Source: Amoeboaphelidium occidentale
Lineage: Eukaryota
Assembly (NCBI GenBank): GCA_023515795.1
Contig: JALGPX010000045.1
Span: 1 to 64,000, forward strand
Direction: 5' to 3'
Length of the DNA: 64,000 nt
Below the pieces are notes generated by a model that had not been told where the DNA came from, did no database searches, and worked only from the letters and a program-made list of their open reading frames with translations. This document shows, one piece after another, positions 1-12,001 of the stretch (position 1 is the first letter of the stretch; each line of letters opens with the position of its first letter). Made by a program: the position numbers and the translations under genes.

Positions 1-129
1 CGCTGCTTAAGTGATAGCTAGAGTTCCATGAAATTTACGGATTCTACTATGCCGTTTTGGTACATACTTGTTCCAATCAACGAGCAAGGGATAATCAAAG
101 TTACTGCATTTATTGTGTTTTTACATATT

Positions 130-3100
130 TTACCACATACTCCATCGTTTTTTAGATACATCGGAGCTATTTGTTTCAAAAGAAACTGAAGATAGCAAAT
201 TGGACCTTGACATCGCCTTCATCTCTTCAAATGGTCCAGATTCGCTACGAGTTGACAGGCGTCTATCGTCTAATTTCACGTAATCCTCATCATATCTCTC
301 AGGTCCGAACCTTTTCAACATTTCAGATTCAATATCACTGAACAAGGAACTGAATTCGACTTCTTTACGCTTCTTTGCAGGATCAACCATAACCAATGTA
401 GAATATATCTCCTCGTCGTTCTGATCAACAAAGTTCTTCAGGCGGATATGTTCATCATTGAATAGCTTGGAAAGCTGCATGAAAGAATCCAGAATGTAAT
501 TCTTCCGAGTTTCAATTATTGATACTATTTGTTCTTCTTTCTGAAGGACGAGAGCCCTCCATTCTTCTTTGGCTTCTTCAAGTTCTTTCTTCATGGCATC
601 AATTTGCTCATCTTTTGACGCTTTAACTGACTCGAGTTGCGAAATCATAGTCGTACCCCATTCTTCCCATTGGTTAATGCAACTTGTGGCATTTTCGCGA
701 TCCTTCTCTAAAACAGAATGCAATTTTAGCAAGTCATTCTTGAGCTCATTATTTTCTTCAGTGAGCTTGTTAATGTCTTCTTGTGACTTTACCATTCCAT
801 TTCGAAGATAAGCAATGTTACTGAGAAGGACCATAATCTTTTCTTGTAATGCTTTTGGATCTGAAGGAAGCTCAACGTTATTCCCAATTTGGAACACTTT
901 GTGATCTACAGGTTGCTCCAACGGATTGCCAGTCATGAAAGGATCACGGGCAAGATCTGCAACACTCGAAGCTTTGAGGGTTCTAGATTCTTGTTGTCGC
1001 AGCATTTCAATTGTGTCAAAGAGCCTGGATCTTGACTTAGAGTCAACAAAAGTGTCAGACTTTGGTCTTTGTTTTGCTATGTTAGGAGCATCGTTTTCAT
1101 CNNNNNNNNNNNNNNNNNGCAGCATTTCAATTGTGTCAAACAGCTTGGATCTTGACTTAGAGTCAACAAAAGTGTCAGACTTTGGTCTTTGTTTTGCTAT
1201 GTTAGGAGCATCGTTTTCATCCTCAGAAATTTCTTCTTCTTCAAGCTCATCGACTTGTTCCAGATCACTATTTCCGGCTCTTCGATGTATCCTCTTGCCC
1301 TTTCCGTAGAAACTATGAAGTTTCTTCAGTTGGGCTACCTCTTGATCTTTTTCTTTTAACTTCTCGATGAACTCCTCAGAAGACTTGCGGACTTCAAGTT
1401 CAGCAGATTCTGCCTTCAATTTCAACTCGTTTAACTCTTTTTCTTTTGTTGAAAGTTTTGTCTTTGTCTCTTCCTCCGCCTGACTGAGTTTTGCTTGAGC
1501 GTCTTGAACTCTTGTTTTCCAGTGTGCTTCCATAGCCATATATTCTTCCTTCCATTGCTGGAGCTCTGCATTGATCTCTTTAAAACTAGAAGCCTCTACT
1601 AAATCCTCTGAATCTTTTGTTGCAGAACGACTAGCATTTCCTTGCTTTAACTGAGAAATCTTTTCTTCATACTCTAATCGAACGTTTTCTAATTCTTGAA
1701 GCAACATATCCCTTCCAGAAACTTCGCTCAAATGTTTTGCAATTAAAGCCTCTTGAGATTTCTTAAGGTCTTCAATTTCTGCTTCTAGCTCTGCAACTCT
1801 AGAGTTATCTTCTTTCTCAGAATCGAGATTTGGAATGTTCCTACTACTCCGTGTCAATGCTTGTGGCGGTTGCATCAGTTCAAGATTGTGCATTGCTAAC
1901 TCTTCAACCTTTTGTTCCAGCCGCAAAATCTCAACAGTCTTCTCCTTGTTCAGAGTCTCCTCTGCATTTAGTTTCTCGTTGAGTTTTGTTTGCATATTCT
2001 TAAATATTTGATCCTTCTCTGATAACTGAGCAACCAAACGTTCCATCCTTTTTTCTTGTTCTTCAAAATCGACTTTTTGCATTATCAAATCTTCGATTTC
2101 TTGTTTCAAGGAGGATACCTCTTGATCTTTTTCTTCTCGTAAGCGCTGCAAAGATTCAGCCAAAGCAGCTTCAGACTCAGACTTTTGAGACCCAATAATC
2201 TGCTCTAGACGGTTCGTTTCTACCTGTGTATTTAGTAATTCCTGCTCAAGTTCAGAAATGCGGGTAGTAATGGTTTGCTGCTCTTCGAGAGATTTTTGTA
2301 ACAATTCAATTTCCTCAGAAGATGCTTTCAGCTTGTCCTGGAAAGTTTCAATTTCAGCTTGGAGTTCCATAATCTTTTCTTCGCTGTTCTCAAGCCTCTC
2401 GCTGTATGAAGTTTGAACCTCTTTCAAGGATGAATTTTCAGAGTTAAGTAGCTCAATCTGGTTCTGCCACTCTTGTTTAATTTGCTCGTTTTCATTCCGA
2501 ACGGTCTCAACTTCTTTCTCCAATAGAATAGCCTTTTCTTTATAATCATCCAATTCTTTCATCAGGCTTTCTGACCTTTGCTGTGCTTTGTCTCTTGCAG
2601 CTATCAAGATATCTCGTTCATCAGAAAGTTTAGTGACCTCTGAGTTCAAATCCTTATTTTCAGTCAACAAGGCCTCGTACTCAGTCTTTTGCGTTTTAAG
2701 AGCTTCTAAGTCCTCACTCTTTTCTTCTAAACTTGAACTCAAGAACTTATTTTCTTCAGTTATCTCTGAAAGCTTGTTTTTTAGTTCTTCAATCTGGACC
2801 ATGTCTTTGTTACTTTGTGATTCTAACTCGGCTAACTTGTTTCTAAGTTCCTCAGATTCAGTCTTCTGGCTTATCACACGTTCCTTTTCTTGGTTTGTAG
2901 CATCATCAAGTTTCTCGCGCAGCGACTCGTTGTCTAGCTCAACTTCCTGCAAATGCGATTTCAAAGATTCAATATTTCGCTTGTAGCTATCTTCTGTCTG
3001 CNNNNNTCAGCCTTCTGGCTTATCACACGTTCCTTTTCTTGGTTTGTAGCATCATCAAGTTTCTCGCGCAGTGACTCGTTGTCTAGCTCAACTTCCTGCA

Positions 3101-3971
3101 AATGCGATTTCAAAGATTCAATATTTCGCTTGTAGCTATCTTCTGTCTGCTTCAGTTTCTCAGATAAATCATCAATCTTATCACCGACTGAATCTTCCGC
3201 ATTAGACTTTTCGTGTAGCAAGTCGTTGTATTTAACGGAGTATTCATTTTTCTCAGTATCTAGTTTTTCGTTTTCCTTCAAGACAGTATTCAGCTGCTGT
3301 GTCAAGTCAAAGTTCTGTTTTTTCAGAGCTTCCATCCGTTGGTTTGTCTCATCAACAGCCTGATCTCTTGAAACGCGTTTCATTTGTTTTGCCAGAGTTT
3401 CCTTATCAGCCACCACTTCCTTTAATCGCATCTCCAGTGCCTGCTTCTCTTTCAAATGCTTTTCCTTGAGAAATTCAATCTCATGTTGCTTTTCTTCTTC
3501 CATCCGTTTCATCTTATCTACCATCGCGAGCATTGCACTATCTTCCTGATTCGTCTTGGCTGACACTTTAGGACTTTTCTTATAATCTGTGCCATTAGCC
3601 TTCTTCTTTAGAGCCGTTCTTGCCGGTGTTAAGGAAAACAGAGTGGTATCAGAGTCACTTTCCAACTCTAGTTTGTTCAATAGGTCATCCAAAGCGTAAA
3701 GCGGAGACATCTTTGACACGGGCTTGGTTTGTTTCAGTTCATCTGATGGTGTTTTTTGTGGTGATTCTGACTTGTATTTCCTCACAGGCGCCACGGGAGA
3801 TTCAGATGCTGCCATTCCACCAGTTGTTCCAGATCGCGAAGCTGATGTTTGTGGTAATGGCGGCCGTGCTTCAGGTTTCGGTGATCTCGTTCTAGCAGGT
3901 GGCAAAGGTTTCAAATCGACATCCATAATAAGATCTTTAAGTTTATCTGCGTTACTATCAATTTTTTCCAT
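130..3971 (-). CDS. Large coiled-coil protein of unknown function (one gene broken by assembly gaps)
   Basis: ORFs 2961-3980 and 130-2964 share duplicated sequence across the N-gap at 3002-3006; first ATG (MEKIDS) at 3971; E/K/L heptad-rich; C-terminus KKRWSMW. Confidence 0.75.
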
Positions 3972-4171
3972 GTAGCGCAAGAGATTCGCAAGTTAAGAAG
4001 TTGGGACCTCTTGGATTGGTTGCCGCTGATGGATCTATTTGGTCATGNNNNNNNNNNNNNNNNNNNNNTCTGCGTTACTATCAATTTTTTCCATGGTAGC
4101 GCAAGAGATTCGCAAGTTAAGAAGTTGGGACCTCTTGGATTGGTTGCCGCTGATGGATCTATTTGGTCATG
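999..4171. other. Assembly N-gaps with duplicated flanks (1102-1118, 3002-3006, 4048-4068; also 35945-35964)
   Basis: 100-145 nt are repeated on each side of every gap, with 1-2 differences. Confidence 0.9.
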
Positions 4172-4219
4172 ATACGTTGAAAGTCCTAAACTAACGTTTC
4201 ATTGAAAAACCTTTTAATT

Positions 4220-4750
4220 TTATTCGTACTTTGGGAACTTTCCGTCTCCTACATCTCTATCTAGCAAGTACAAACCAATTCCATCGTTTTCGACGCGCGC
4301 CAAAGCTGTAACAAGATCACTGAATAACTTGATGCTTTTGCTTTGAGGCTCCAAGTAATTTCCCTCAATGTAATCCTGCAAGGACTGGTCGTTCTGCTCC
4401 TCTGCTACTCTGTGTAGCGCGATTAAACTTGCGTTAACATCCTTTTCAAGGATTAGAGCTGTTTCAAGAGCATTTCTCAAAGATTTCCAGTCTGATGCAG
4501 GCGCCTGGATTTGACCAAGTGATACTTGACCGCCTCTTCTAAGCTGATAATCAATTAGGCCATCTGCGTCCTTGCGTTCATCTTCAACCATATCTGTAAA
4601 GAACTTGTGGAAACCAGGCAATGCTACAATATCTTGTTTACAGTACGAAGCAACAGATAAGTAAACATGAGCGGCGTTTAGCTCAAAGTTTATCTGTTGG
4701 TTGATAGCTTGCTCTGTTTCCTTTGCAAAGTTTTGTCTGGCCAACGACAT
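4220..4750 (-). CDS. Ferritin (eukaryotic type)
   Basis: MSLARQNF...AINQQINFEL...VALPGFHKFF...YQLRRGG...ALILEKDVN...QDYIEGNYLEPQ...GIGLYLLDR matches the ferritin four-helix bundle; ATG at 4750. Confidence 0.95.
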   Translation of the reverse strand: MSLARQNFAKETEQAINQQINFELNAAHVYLSVASYCKQDIVALPGFHKFFTDMVEDERKDADGLIDYQLRRGGQVSLGQIQAPASDWKSLRNALETALILEKDVNASLIALHRVAEEQNDQSLQDYIEGNYLEPQSKSIKLFSDLVTALARVENDGIGLYLLDRDVGDGKFPKYE

Positions 4751-4802
4751 TTCGAAGTAAAATGAAAATCGCGGTTTCAGCAAGTTTATCTATTTCTCTT
4801 TT

Positions 4803-7800
4803 TTACCGTTGCTTACTTCGGTTCATACATATCATCAAAATAAAGGCTAAAAATCGATAGACAAAACCAATTACTACACACCATATTATGTCATACCAAT
4901 ATCTTCCTAGTGTGTAACCAAAAGTTGCAGCAGAAATATCCCAAATTTCGAAAACACCATCGAAAACTAGCAATTCTTCTGAGTACCACGCTTCTGCTGC
5001 CCATCTACAGAAGCTTATGTTAAGAAGCCACTCAAGGCCTGCTTTTCTCATATCAGTAATATTAGGACCACCACCACACAAAACTGCCATAATGACACCC
5101 AAACAAACGGCAATCATGGCAGAATTTTCTCTTTTTACAATCATACTGCATAAGAAGGCCATGCCATAAACAGCAAAGAAGACAGACAAATGGATTATAT
5201 ACATCTTCCAAAAGTTGATGTTTGGGCAAGCCCAGAACATGAAGAATGATGTAAAATGCAAAGCCGATAAAACAAATCTGTATGTCGATGAAATGTTCTT
5301 TCCAATAAAGTATGAAAGTGGATTCAATCCAGCAGCTCTTTCATGCCAATACATTTGTTTTTCTTCACCGAATACCTTCACACCCGCTGGTGCACCTGCA
5401 AGCACAATAACTGTGTACTGAATAAGACAGAGAATTGGAACAACAATTTCAATAGGAGCAGGAGAGATCAATGTGAAAGGCTTAATCAAGAATCCTCTGT
5501 ATAGAGCACCATCGTACATTTGTACTGCCATTCCAACAACATTTCCGGCAATTGTTGCAACAGCCAATTCAAGTAACAGACCAGTTATCAGCCGGTACTG
5601 TTGCCTGACGTAACGGTTGTGAGCCAAGAAGGATTGATGCAAAAAGTTAATACCACGAGATTTGCAAGCGCAATCAAGAGCATTGTGAGAAGATATTACT
5701 GATTCATCTTCTTCTTTAACTGGAGCAGAATAAAAAGAGTTTGATATGATAGTTGGAAGCATATTAAAAGCAACACGACCTTGTGTTAACTGCCAAAAGC
5801 TTTGATCTGGCTGAGCCTCATCTTTAGTTTCAACAGATATAGCAAACTCTGATAATTCGTGTTGCTGAGTTATGACGATCTCAGATAGATCCATTTCTAA
5901 ATCTTCAACCTCTTCAACAGTAGGAATTAAATCATGCTTAAATAGATTGACTGATGGGTCATAATACTCCAAACCGCTTTGTTTCCAGAACTCAGTAAGA
6001 TCGGAAACTTCATAATCGTCAAAAACAACATTGTTCTCCTTCAGTAATTTAGGCAAATCCTTTTCTCCTCTCAAATACTCCGGAATTCTTAATCCTTTGC
6101 CTGCCAATATATCCATTATAACATCGGCTGGATTGTTATTTGGAGGGAAGTAGAAACCAAGGTTTTCCATGTATTCCTGCAAGTGCTCTCTTGGACCCAA
6201 AAAGACACTAGAGCCTCCAGTAGCCAATAAAAGAACATCATCAAAGTTCTCGTAAATTTCATATCTTGGCTGATGTATAACAGAAATTGCAGTAATACCA
6301 ATTGTCTGGGTTATTTTCTTGACAATATGAACAAGCTTCAGCGCAGCAGTGGCATCAAGACCACTAGTAGGCTCGTCTAGCAGTAATGCTAGAGGACATG
6401 TTGCTATTTCCATGGCAACACTACATCTCTTCCTTTGACCACCAGAGATTTTTGAGATGACATTTTCAGCAACATGCGACAATTCCAACGCTTCTAAAAC
6501 ACTATCAACAAAGCGGTGTACTTCTTTTTCACTCCAAGTTGAAGGAAGTCGATTTCTAGCCTGATACCATACATTTTCTCTAACAGTCAATTCATACAAC
6601 ATTATGTCGTCCTGGGGAACATATCCGATCAACTTTTTGTATTTTATCATTTCAATTTCTCTTCCGTTAATCCACAAGTGACCACCAGTTCTTCTGCTCT
6701 TACCCATAAGTACGTTCAAAAATGTTGACTTTCCAGCACCAGATGGTCCTAAAACGGCTGTAATTCTTCCTGGAATAACTCTTCCGGTAACGGAGTTCAG
6801 GATGATTTTTCCGCTAGGTAAAGTCAATGAGAGATCCTTAAATTCAAAATTCAACGATAAGTTGTTTCCACATTGTGAATGAGAAAAGCCGTCAATTAAA
6901 TGCTGCATGTAGATCGAATAATGACCATGCTTGCCAAGATTAAAGCCTCTCTTAGATTTAATGGAGCCACCTCGCCTTCTCCTGATAGAAACCACATTAG
7001 CTTCGCTTGAGACGTTTTCAATATCCGGTTTATCTGACACCACGGTGGAAGCACGAGATCTTGCGTGTGGCACTTGAGTTTGGCTCTGATAGAAAGGATT
7101 TCCATCCATGTAATCAAGATCATTCTGATCATCAAAAGACATGTGTATAATGTTGGTGTTCTCTTGAAAATCCAAGTCTTTTCCTGAGAATGTTTCCATA
7201 CTGAAAATGTCCTTCAGAATGTATTTCAGCATCTTGAACCTCTTTTTCCAATAAGAAGCAGAGAAGATTCCTTTTCTTGTGAATATCTCACTCTTATCAT
7301 CTTCATCAATGGAGCAGACATCATCAAGTGTAACGAACTGAGCCAATTTACGACTGCGCGTAGATTCTGCGATCGTGCCAATGTTGATTCCAGCCATCTT
7401 CCTGTCAGCACGACGAACACGCCTCTTCTCTAACACTCGCGCGCGACATTTAAGCATTATGAAGACTAAGAGAAGTATCGCATCCAATACAACACACAGA
7501 ATAATACCGCCATAATAAACTTGCTTCAGTGATCCAGTTGGACAATACGAAAAAGGCTGTAAACAAGGACGCGGTTCTTGTGTACCAACAGGACAATAAA
7601 AGCCTTCAGGGCAGTCAAACTTCTGCGTGTAATCTGGACAGTAAGAACGTGCTGGACACGGCTATAAAAGTTAGGGATAGGATATCATTAATCAACCTAC
7701 CATTGGTTCGTAAGTTCCTTGTGGAGGGCAAAAATTGGCGGCTAATCTCTTAGCCTGGCACTCTATCGTAGGAGGGCACATTGATGGTAAACTTATAGGA

Positions 7801-7976
7801 TCTATATCAGGAGATTTTGTATTTGGGCAGTAGAATCTTGGCGGACATGAGTAATTCCCTGATAACACAATAGGGGTAGACTTTGGGTCTATGATACACA
7901 GGCCGTATCCATAAAATGAGGTCCCATTAAAGCTGCTGATATCAGTATCATTCGAGCGCGAACCATTCTGACCCAT
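4803..7976 (-). CDS. ABCG half-transporter with Cys-rich N-terminal domain (Adp1 / plant ABCG24/28-like architecture)
   Basis: Walker A GPSGAGKST, signature ISGGQRKR, Walker B LLLDEPTSGLD, C-terminal TMD; a 39-nt intron (7700-7662) joins ORF 7692-7994 in frame to CPxxxYCP repeats and a TM helix; start uncertain. Confidence 0.9.
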
Positions 7977-8305
7977 TTCAACGTGTCTCCGCAAATTCGC
8001 AAGATTGAATGAAAATGTGGCAAAATCGTGAAAGGTGTCAATTGCTCAGACAAAGAAACGTTTCAAAGGGCTACAACTCTCAATACACGATTACTTACTA
8101 AGACCTTCTTTGGGAATAGCGAGATATTGAAATATCATAGAAATGATTGTTTATTTTGATCTGAATTTGTCCATCATTTAACAATAGGATAGCTTGAGCG
8201 AAGCTATGATGTAATAATATTTCTAGCCCTGATTATCTGCCACGGACACAGGTTTACAGGGTGATTTTCGCGTCGGAGATAACATAGATTCAGTTAAACG
8301 CTGCT

Positions 8306-9484
8306 TCATCCCTCGAGTTTGAAGAGACTTCGAAACATGACATCAAAGAATGGTTTACCTGGAACCTCATTTGCATCAATATCAGATTCCTCTATAACAA
8401 ATGCAAAGCCTTTGACTTCTGCCGTCATGCTTTTAACACAATCTTCGAAATTCTTTTCATTCTTGACAAAGTAATCTTCGAATCGTTGTGATATTGGCAG
8501 TGCCATTTCTTCGCCTTTCCAGATAACTTTCGTTTTGGTCCCGTTCTGTGATTTTATATAAAGCTCACCTCTTAAAACAGCCATTGAAAGTCTAAGTATT
8601 CCATCCTGTTTTATCTCTTTGGCAAAGTGTTTGAGAAATACTCTGAAGAATGCCTCGAATACAGGATTGATGAATTTGTAACCAGCATTATGGTAAAATA
8701 TAGCATTGTGCAGATACAACGGAATATTGATAAAAGCGTCACGCTCAGCCTTGTGTGCCAAATGGATCAATGCTTCATGAAACACTTTTGCGATACCAAG
8801 CGATGGATAATCTTGACCAGGAAGTAATTGACTTTGCTCATACGGTGATAGCTCGCGTCGTGGATCTTGCATCTTCATCCATTCAATGATTATGAAATCT
8901 GGTTCACTGAGACTTTCTAGTGACTTCATACATTTCAAAGCCTTCTGCAACGTATCAATTAGTCTCTTGGCTCTTGAATCTTCCATATTTGCAAGTTGCG
9001 ATAAGTCTGTGACAGCAGATATGATCATGTTGATGGATTTCCCATAGTTCTTCAGAACCACAACGTTTGTCACCCTGCGTAGAACCAATTCCACTAATAG
9101 CCTCTTGTCTTCCATTTTGTGCGCTGCATTAACATCTTTTGGACCAAGCCATATGAAGAACTTGTGAACAAAATCATCTCCAGTATCAATAGTTATGAAA
9201 AAGTCATTGATACCCTTCTGTTTCAGAGCATCATTGAGCCCAAGCGACTGGCAATAGTGTTCAAGGTCCTCTAGAGAGTATTTAGACAGCAGCTTTGAAT
9301 CCCCTCTACTGCTCAGCATGAGATCATCAGCTTCCAATGCCCACTGTTCATCCTTCTGTTTCGATGTAGTATCTTGCATGTCATCATACCATCCTGTGAA
9401 TCTTTGCACAGCCGATCTCCATGTTCTACTCAGTTTCGCCTTATCGCTGGGTTCCACTTTATTGTTTGAAGCGTCTGTGTTCAT
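8306..9484 (-). CDS. Uncharacterised protein with IEW.MQDPR...LPGQDYPSLG...HNA.FY motifs (possible GNAT-like fold)
   Basis: Intronless 392-aa ORF; the motif series resembles a bacterial domain I recall standing alone or fused to deacetylases; not verified. Confidence 0.65.
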   Translation of the reverse strand: MNTDASNNKVEPSDKAKLSRTWRSAVQRFTGWYDDMQDTTSKQKDEQWALEADDLMLSSRGDSKLLSKYSLEDLEHYCQSLGLNDALKQKGINDFFITIDTGDDFVHKFFIWLGPKDVNAAHKMEDKRLLVELVLRRVTNVVVLKNYGKSINMIISAVTDLSQLANMEDSRAKRLIDTLQKALKCMKSLESLSEPDFIIIEWMKMQDPRRELSPYEQSQLLPGQDYPSLGIAKVFHEALIHLAHKAERDAFINIPLYLHNAIFYHNAGYKFINPVFEAFFRVFLKHFAKEIKQDGILRLSMAVLRGELYIKSQNGTKTKVIWKGEEMALPISQRFEDYFVKNEKNFEDCVKSMTAEVKGFAFVIEESDIDANEVPGKPFFDVMFRSLFKLEG

Positions 9485-9531
9485 ACACAAGCGATACTAG
9501 ATTTGGAAAAAGTCTATTTATATTACTTTCT

Positions 9532-10212
9532 TCAGAAGATGAATGGAATTAATCGAGCTCTTGTTGCGCGATACTGAATGAAATCATCTCCAAATTCTTC
9601 AAATAATGCTTGTTCTTCATTTAACACACGCAAGTACAAGAAGTAGAATGCTACGACACTCCCAATGAGAGTTATCAACTTTGCGACGGTATTTCTTTCG
9701 TTAAACCTGGTAAATATCAATGCGCCCAAGAAGCACGCAAATGCTCCCGTGTAGGAAGGATGCACCAGATATTCATAAGGCCCATCTGTAATTAACTTAT
9801 GACCTCCCTTAATAGCAACAACATAAGTGAAGTATTTACCCAGAGTATCAAATGCCCACAATCTCAACCTGTAACCAACCAAACTCAAGACAAAACCAAA
9901 CACTTCAATGAACCTCCACTCACGAACAACTTTAGTTCCTTTGTGATACAAACCAGAATTGAAGTATGACGAGAAAGGGCTGAAGTAATACCACCAGAGA
10001 ACATAAATGCCAAAAGCATACGTTCGAATCGCAGCGTAAAGATGGAAGTTATCAATATCCAACAGATAGTTCACGTACTTCTCCTTCACAGTATCCGTTG
10101 TTTGATCAATATCCAAATGATGCTTTTGAGGTATTACGACACCAGGAATGAACACGAGGAAAATCAGACCAGCCGCAGCCAGCTTTGATAAGAGCGTGAA
10201 TTTTGAAGACAT
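9532..10212 (-). CDS. Isoprenylcysteine carboxyl methyltransferase / PEMT family membrane protein
   Basis: LRLWAFDTLGKYFT, HKLITDGPYEYLVHPSYTG, RVLNEEQAL.EEFGDDF.QY, RLIPFIF; multiple TM segments. Confidence 0.9.
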   Translation of the reverse strand: MSSKFTLLSKLAAAGLIFLVFIPGVVIPQKHHLDIDQTTDTVKEKYVNYLLDIDNFHLYAAIRTYAFGIYVLWWYYFSPFSSYFNSGLYHKGTKVVREWRFIEVFGFVLSLVGYRLRLWAFDTLGKYFTYVVAIKGGHKLITDGPYEYLVHPSYTGAFACFLGALIFTRFNERNTVAKLITLIGSVVAFYFLYLRVLNEEQALFEEFGDDFIQYRATRARLIPFIF

Positions 10213-10258
10213 CAGACGAAAATGAAATTATGAATAATCTATTACCCTTCAGCTGAAC

Positions 10259-10649
10259 TTACAATTTTGTGTTGTACACTTTGAACGATGGCGTTATGTG
10301 TGACACTTTGAAATCCCTAACAATTAGCATTAAACGTCCCGAGAAAGTTACGGAAGTTTCTGATCTTCTAAGCGAACAGGTTTTGGTTCAGGCATCGCTC
10401 CAACTAAGCCAATTCCACCTAAAGCCAAGCCCAATAATACTTCGAACAAAATCTGAATAATTTAACTCTCAAAGCTTTTTAATCAGTTACGTCTGATGGC
10501 AATTGTGTCTTTGTAAGTTGAATAGATTTCGCATACGCCAGGTCTAATAGTAATTAAAGATCGTATTACTTGAAAGTACATTCAGTGGCTGAGTAGGTCG
10601 CATGTATTAGCAGAATTACACTCAATGCTGTAAGTAATTGGAACAACAT
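10259..10649 (-). CDS. EMC5: ER membrane protein complex subunit 5 / MMgT family (4 exons, absent from ORF track)
   Basis: Splicing introns 10579-10544, 10490-10453 and 10351-10317 gives MLFQLLTALSVILLIHATYSATEYLAYAKSIQLTKTQLPSDILFEVLLGLALGGIGLVGAMPEPKPVRLEDQKLPDFKVSHITPSFKVYNTKL*, with MMgT motifs HAxYSAxE, LPxDIxxE and PSF. Confidence 0.85.
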
Positions 10650-11964
10650 GTTTTTAACAAATCGAAAAATGATAAACAATTACGCTGGCTACATTCCAGG
10701 ATCAGAGGAATTGGATAGAGTGCCATACAGTGATATCGCGTCTAATGAGTTCTTTGAGAAGTTTGTCCTGAAGAGGAGACCTTGTATCATCACAGGAATG
10801 CTTGATCAAGGAGAGTTCAAGATCCCAAAGGAAGAACCACTGAAGTATATCTGCGATAAAGTGAAGGGATTCCAGTCGTCCGTTGTTAAAGTTGAACGGA
10901 AAAGCACGCGAACAGGAACGTTTGGGACTGCTGATTTTGAGAAGGAGCAGATGTCTGTGCGTGAGTTATTGCAAAAGTTTAAGGGCGCAGACGGCGATGA
11001 ATATTACTTGACAACTCAATATGAAAAGGAAGGAAGTGATGAAGGCGTTGATGTTCTAAATGAGGAGCGTCCAAACAAGAAAGTTCGGGTCAGCGCGGAG
11101 GATCTTGCTTTGAAGGAAAGGATCAAAGATTTGCTTCCTTCGCCTGTTCACTCTCTAGTACATCATTTACCGTTAAGACCTCAGATAGTTGGGAAATTGG
11201 TACCACAGCAAATCAATGTATGGATGGGTAAAAGCAATGAAGGTTCATCGTCTGGTTTGCATCACGATTTCCACGACAATTTGTATATACTGTTACAAGG
11301 AAGGAAGCGATTCACGCTATTCAGTCCTAAAGATGCAGAATTTATGAAATGCCATGGTGAAATTGCAGTTGTGGAAGATAACGGTGTTATTTCTTACGAG
11401 CCTGAAGATATTGATGAATCTGAAACGGAGTCTCTCAATAGCAAGGAAGAAAACTTCCTTAATGAATGTTCGTATGCTTCTAATAATGAGGTGGATGACG
11501 ATTCTGAAATTGACTGGAATGCGCAAGATGATTACGATGAGGCTGTGGACATTGAAGAACAAGAACAAGAAGAATCTCTGATGTCTAAAGAAGAGCCTCC
11601 TTCGTTTTCCAGAATATCTGTCAACACGCTTCACTGTTTCATGGTTAGAAACGGACACGAAGGCTACAATTTCGATGAGAAGAAAGGTGTCGATAAGGAG
11701 GACTTTGAACTACTAAGAAAAACGACTCCTGTGTCTGTAGAAGTACAAGCGGGTGAAGTTCTCTACCTTCCAGCTTGTTGGTTCCATGAGGTCACGTCTT
11801 TTAGTACAGAAAGTGTATCTGAGGAAGAAGAAGATTATTTGTCACGCCTGCATTTGGCCGTAAATTACTGGTTTTTTCCACCAGATATAAAGAGCCCTCC
11901 ATATAAAGATGACAATCTAGAGAAAGAATTCGAAGAAATTATTAAATGTTTGAATGAGAAATAG
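10648..11964 (+). CDS. JmjC / cupin-like 2-oxoglutarate oxygenase
   Basis: FFEKFVLKRRPCII, NVWMG...SSGLHHDFHDNLY...GRKRFTLFSP, GEVLYLPACWFHEV, AVNYWF; start at ATG 10648 or 10669. Confidence 0.9.
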   Translation: MFLTNRKMINNYAGYIPGSEELDRVPYSDIASNEFFEKFVLKRRPCIITGMLDQGEFKIPKEEPLKYICDKVKGFQSSVVKVERKSTRTGTFGTADFEKEQMSVRELLQKFKGADGDEYYLTTQYEKEGSDEGVDVLNEERPNKKVRVSAEDLALKERIKDLLPSPVHSLVHHLPLRPQIVGKLVPQQINVWMGKSNEGSSSGLHHDFHDNLYILLQGRKRFTLFSPKDAEFMKCHGEIAVVEDNGVISYEPEDIDESETESLNSKEENFLNECSYASNNEVDDDSEIDWNAQDDYDEAVDIEEQEQEESLMSKEEPPSFSRISVNTLHCFMVRNGHEGYNFDEKKGVDKEDFELLRKTTPVSVEVQAGEVLYLPACWFHEVTSFSTESVSEEEEDYLSRLHLAVNYWFFPPDIKSPPYKDDNLEKEFEEIIKCLNEK

Positions 11965-12001
11965 AAATACTTGTTTCAACTCTGAACAAATTGCACGAAG
12001 T

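Noticed and set aside
999..4171. Internal tandem repeats or frameshifts in the first coiled-coil gene and in UPF2
   Set aside because: Each duplicate abuts an N-gap, so these are assembly overlaps rather than biology
4751..4802. Iron-responsive element upstream of ferritin
   Set aside because: No CAGUGN loop hairpin in the 52-nt spacer
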